This document shows, piece after piece, positions 63,967-64,000 of a stretch of DNA of 64,000 nucleotides. Positions within the stretch are counted from its first letter, which is position 1. Each line of letters begins with the position of its first letter. The stretch is from NCBI GenBank assembly GCA_963813075.1, contig CAWEXU010000031.1, positions 202,582 to 266,581 on the forward strand, read 5' to 3'. The DNA is from Methanotrichaceae archaeon. Lineage in GTDB: Archaea > Halobacteriota > Methanosarcinia > Methanotrichales > Methanotrichaceae. The translations under genes and the position numbers were made by a program. The notes beneath the pieces were generated by a model. The model was given only the letters and a program-made list of their open reading frames with translations, did no database searches and had not been told where the DNA came from.

Positions 63967-64000
63967 GTGAATCTCGACCGCGTCCTGAAGGGCGCGGCTT
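63967..64000 (-). mobile_element. Right end of an IS200/IS605-type element (remainder outside window)
   Basis: Minus strand AAGCCGCGCCCTTCAGGACGCGGTCGAGATTCAC: subterminal hairpin followed by TCAC terminus. Confidence 0.6.

Overview
Archaeal chromosome segment, most likely from a Methanothrix (Methanosaeta)-type acetoclastic methanogen. This is inferred from an fpoA-N operon with no fpoF in the window, a fused FpoCD, a Lys-rich FpoI tail, a geranylgeranyl reductase and an intron-containing tRNA-Ser. Housekeeping blocks are an ECF Ni/Co transporter, the fpo operon, dhs, ubiX, transporters, nurA-herA-mre11-rad50, tupABC-tfx, an epimerase, ADH synthase and an amidohydrolase. Between them lie TA remnants, an IS1634, a Ku-ligase (NHEJ) pair and, after tRNA-Ser, a mosaic region with DUF72, a PolB2 three-gene cassette and the right end of an IS200/IS605-type element. 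Many genes carry single-base frameshifts, probably long-read errors. The most unusual signals are (1) an unannotated ~410-nt minus-strand region with extensive base-pairing potential and its own candidate promoter, converging on the Ku-ligase operon; (2) a hidden half-size FpoO-like Cys/His protein 3 kb from the fpo operon; and (3) a PolB2/iRadA cassette with a candidate DNA-damage box and a duplicated remnant in front of DUF72. All calls come from reading the sequence by eye; no searches or folding programs were run.
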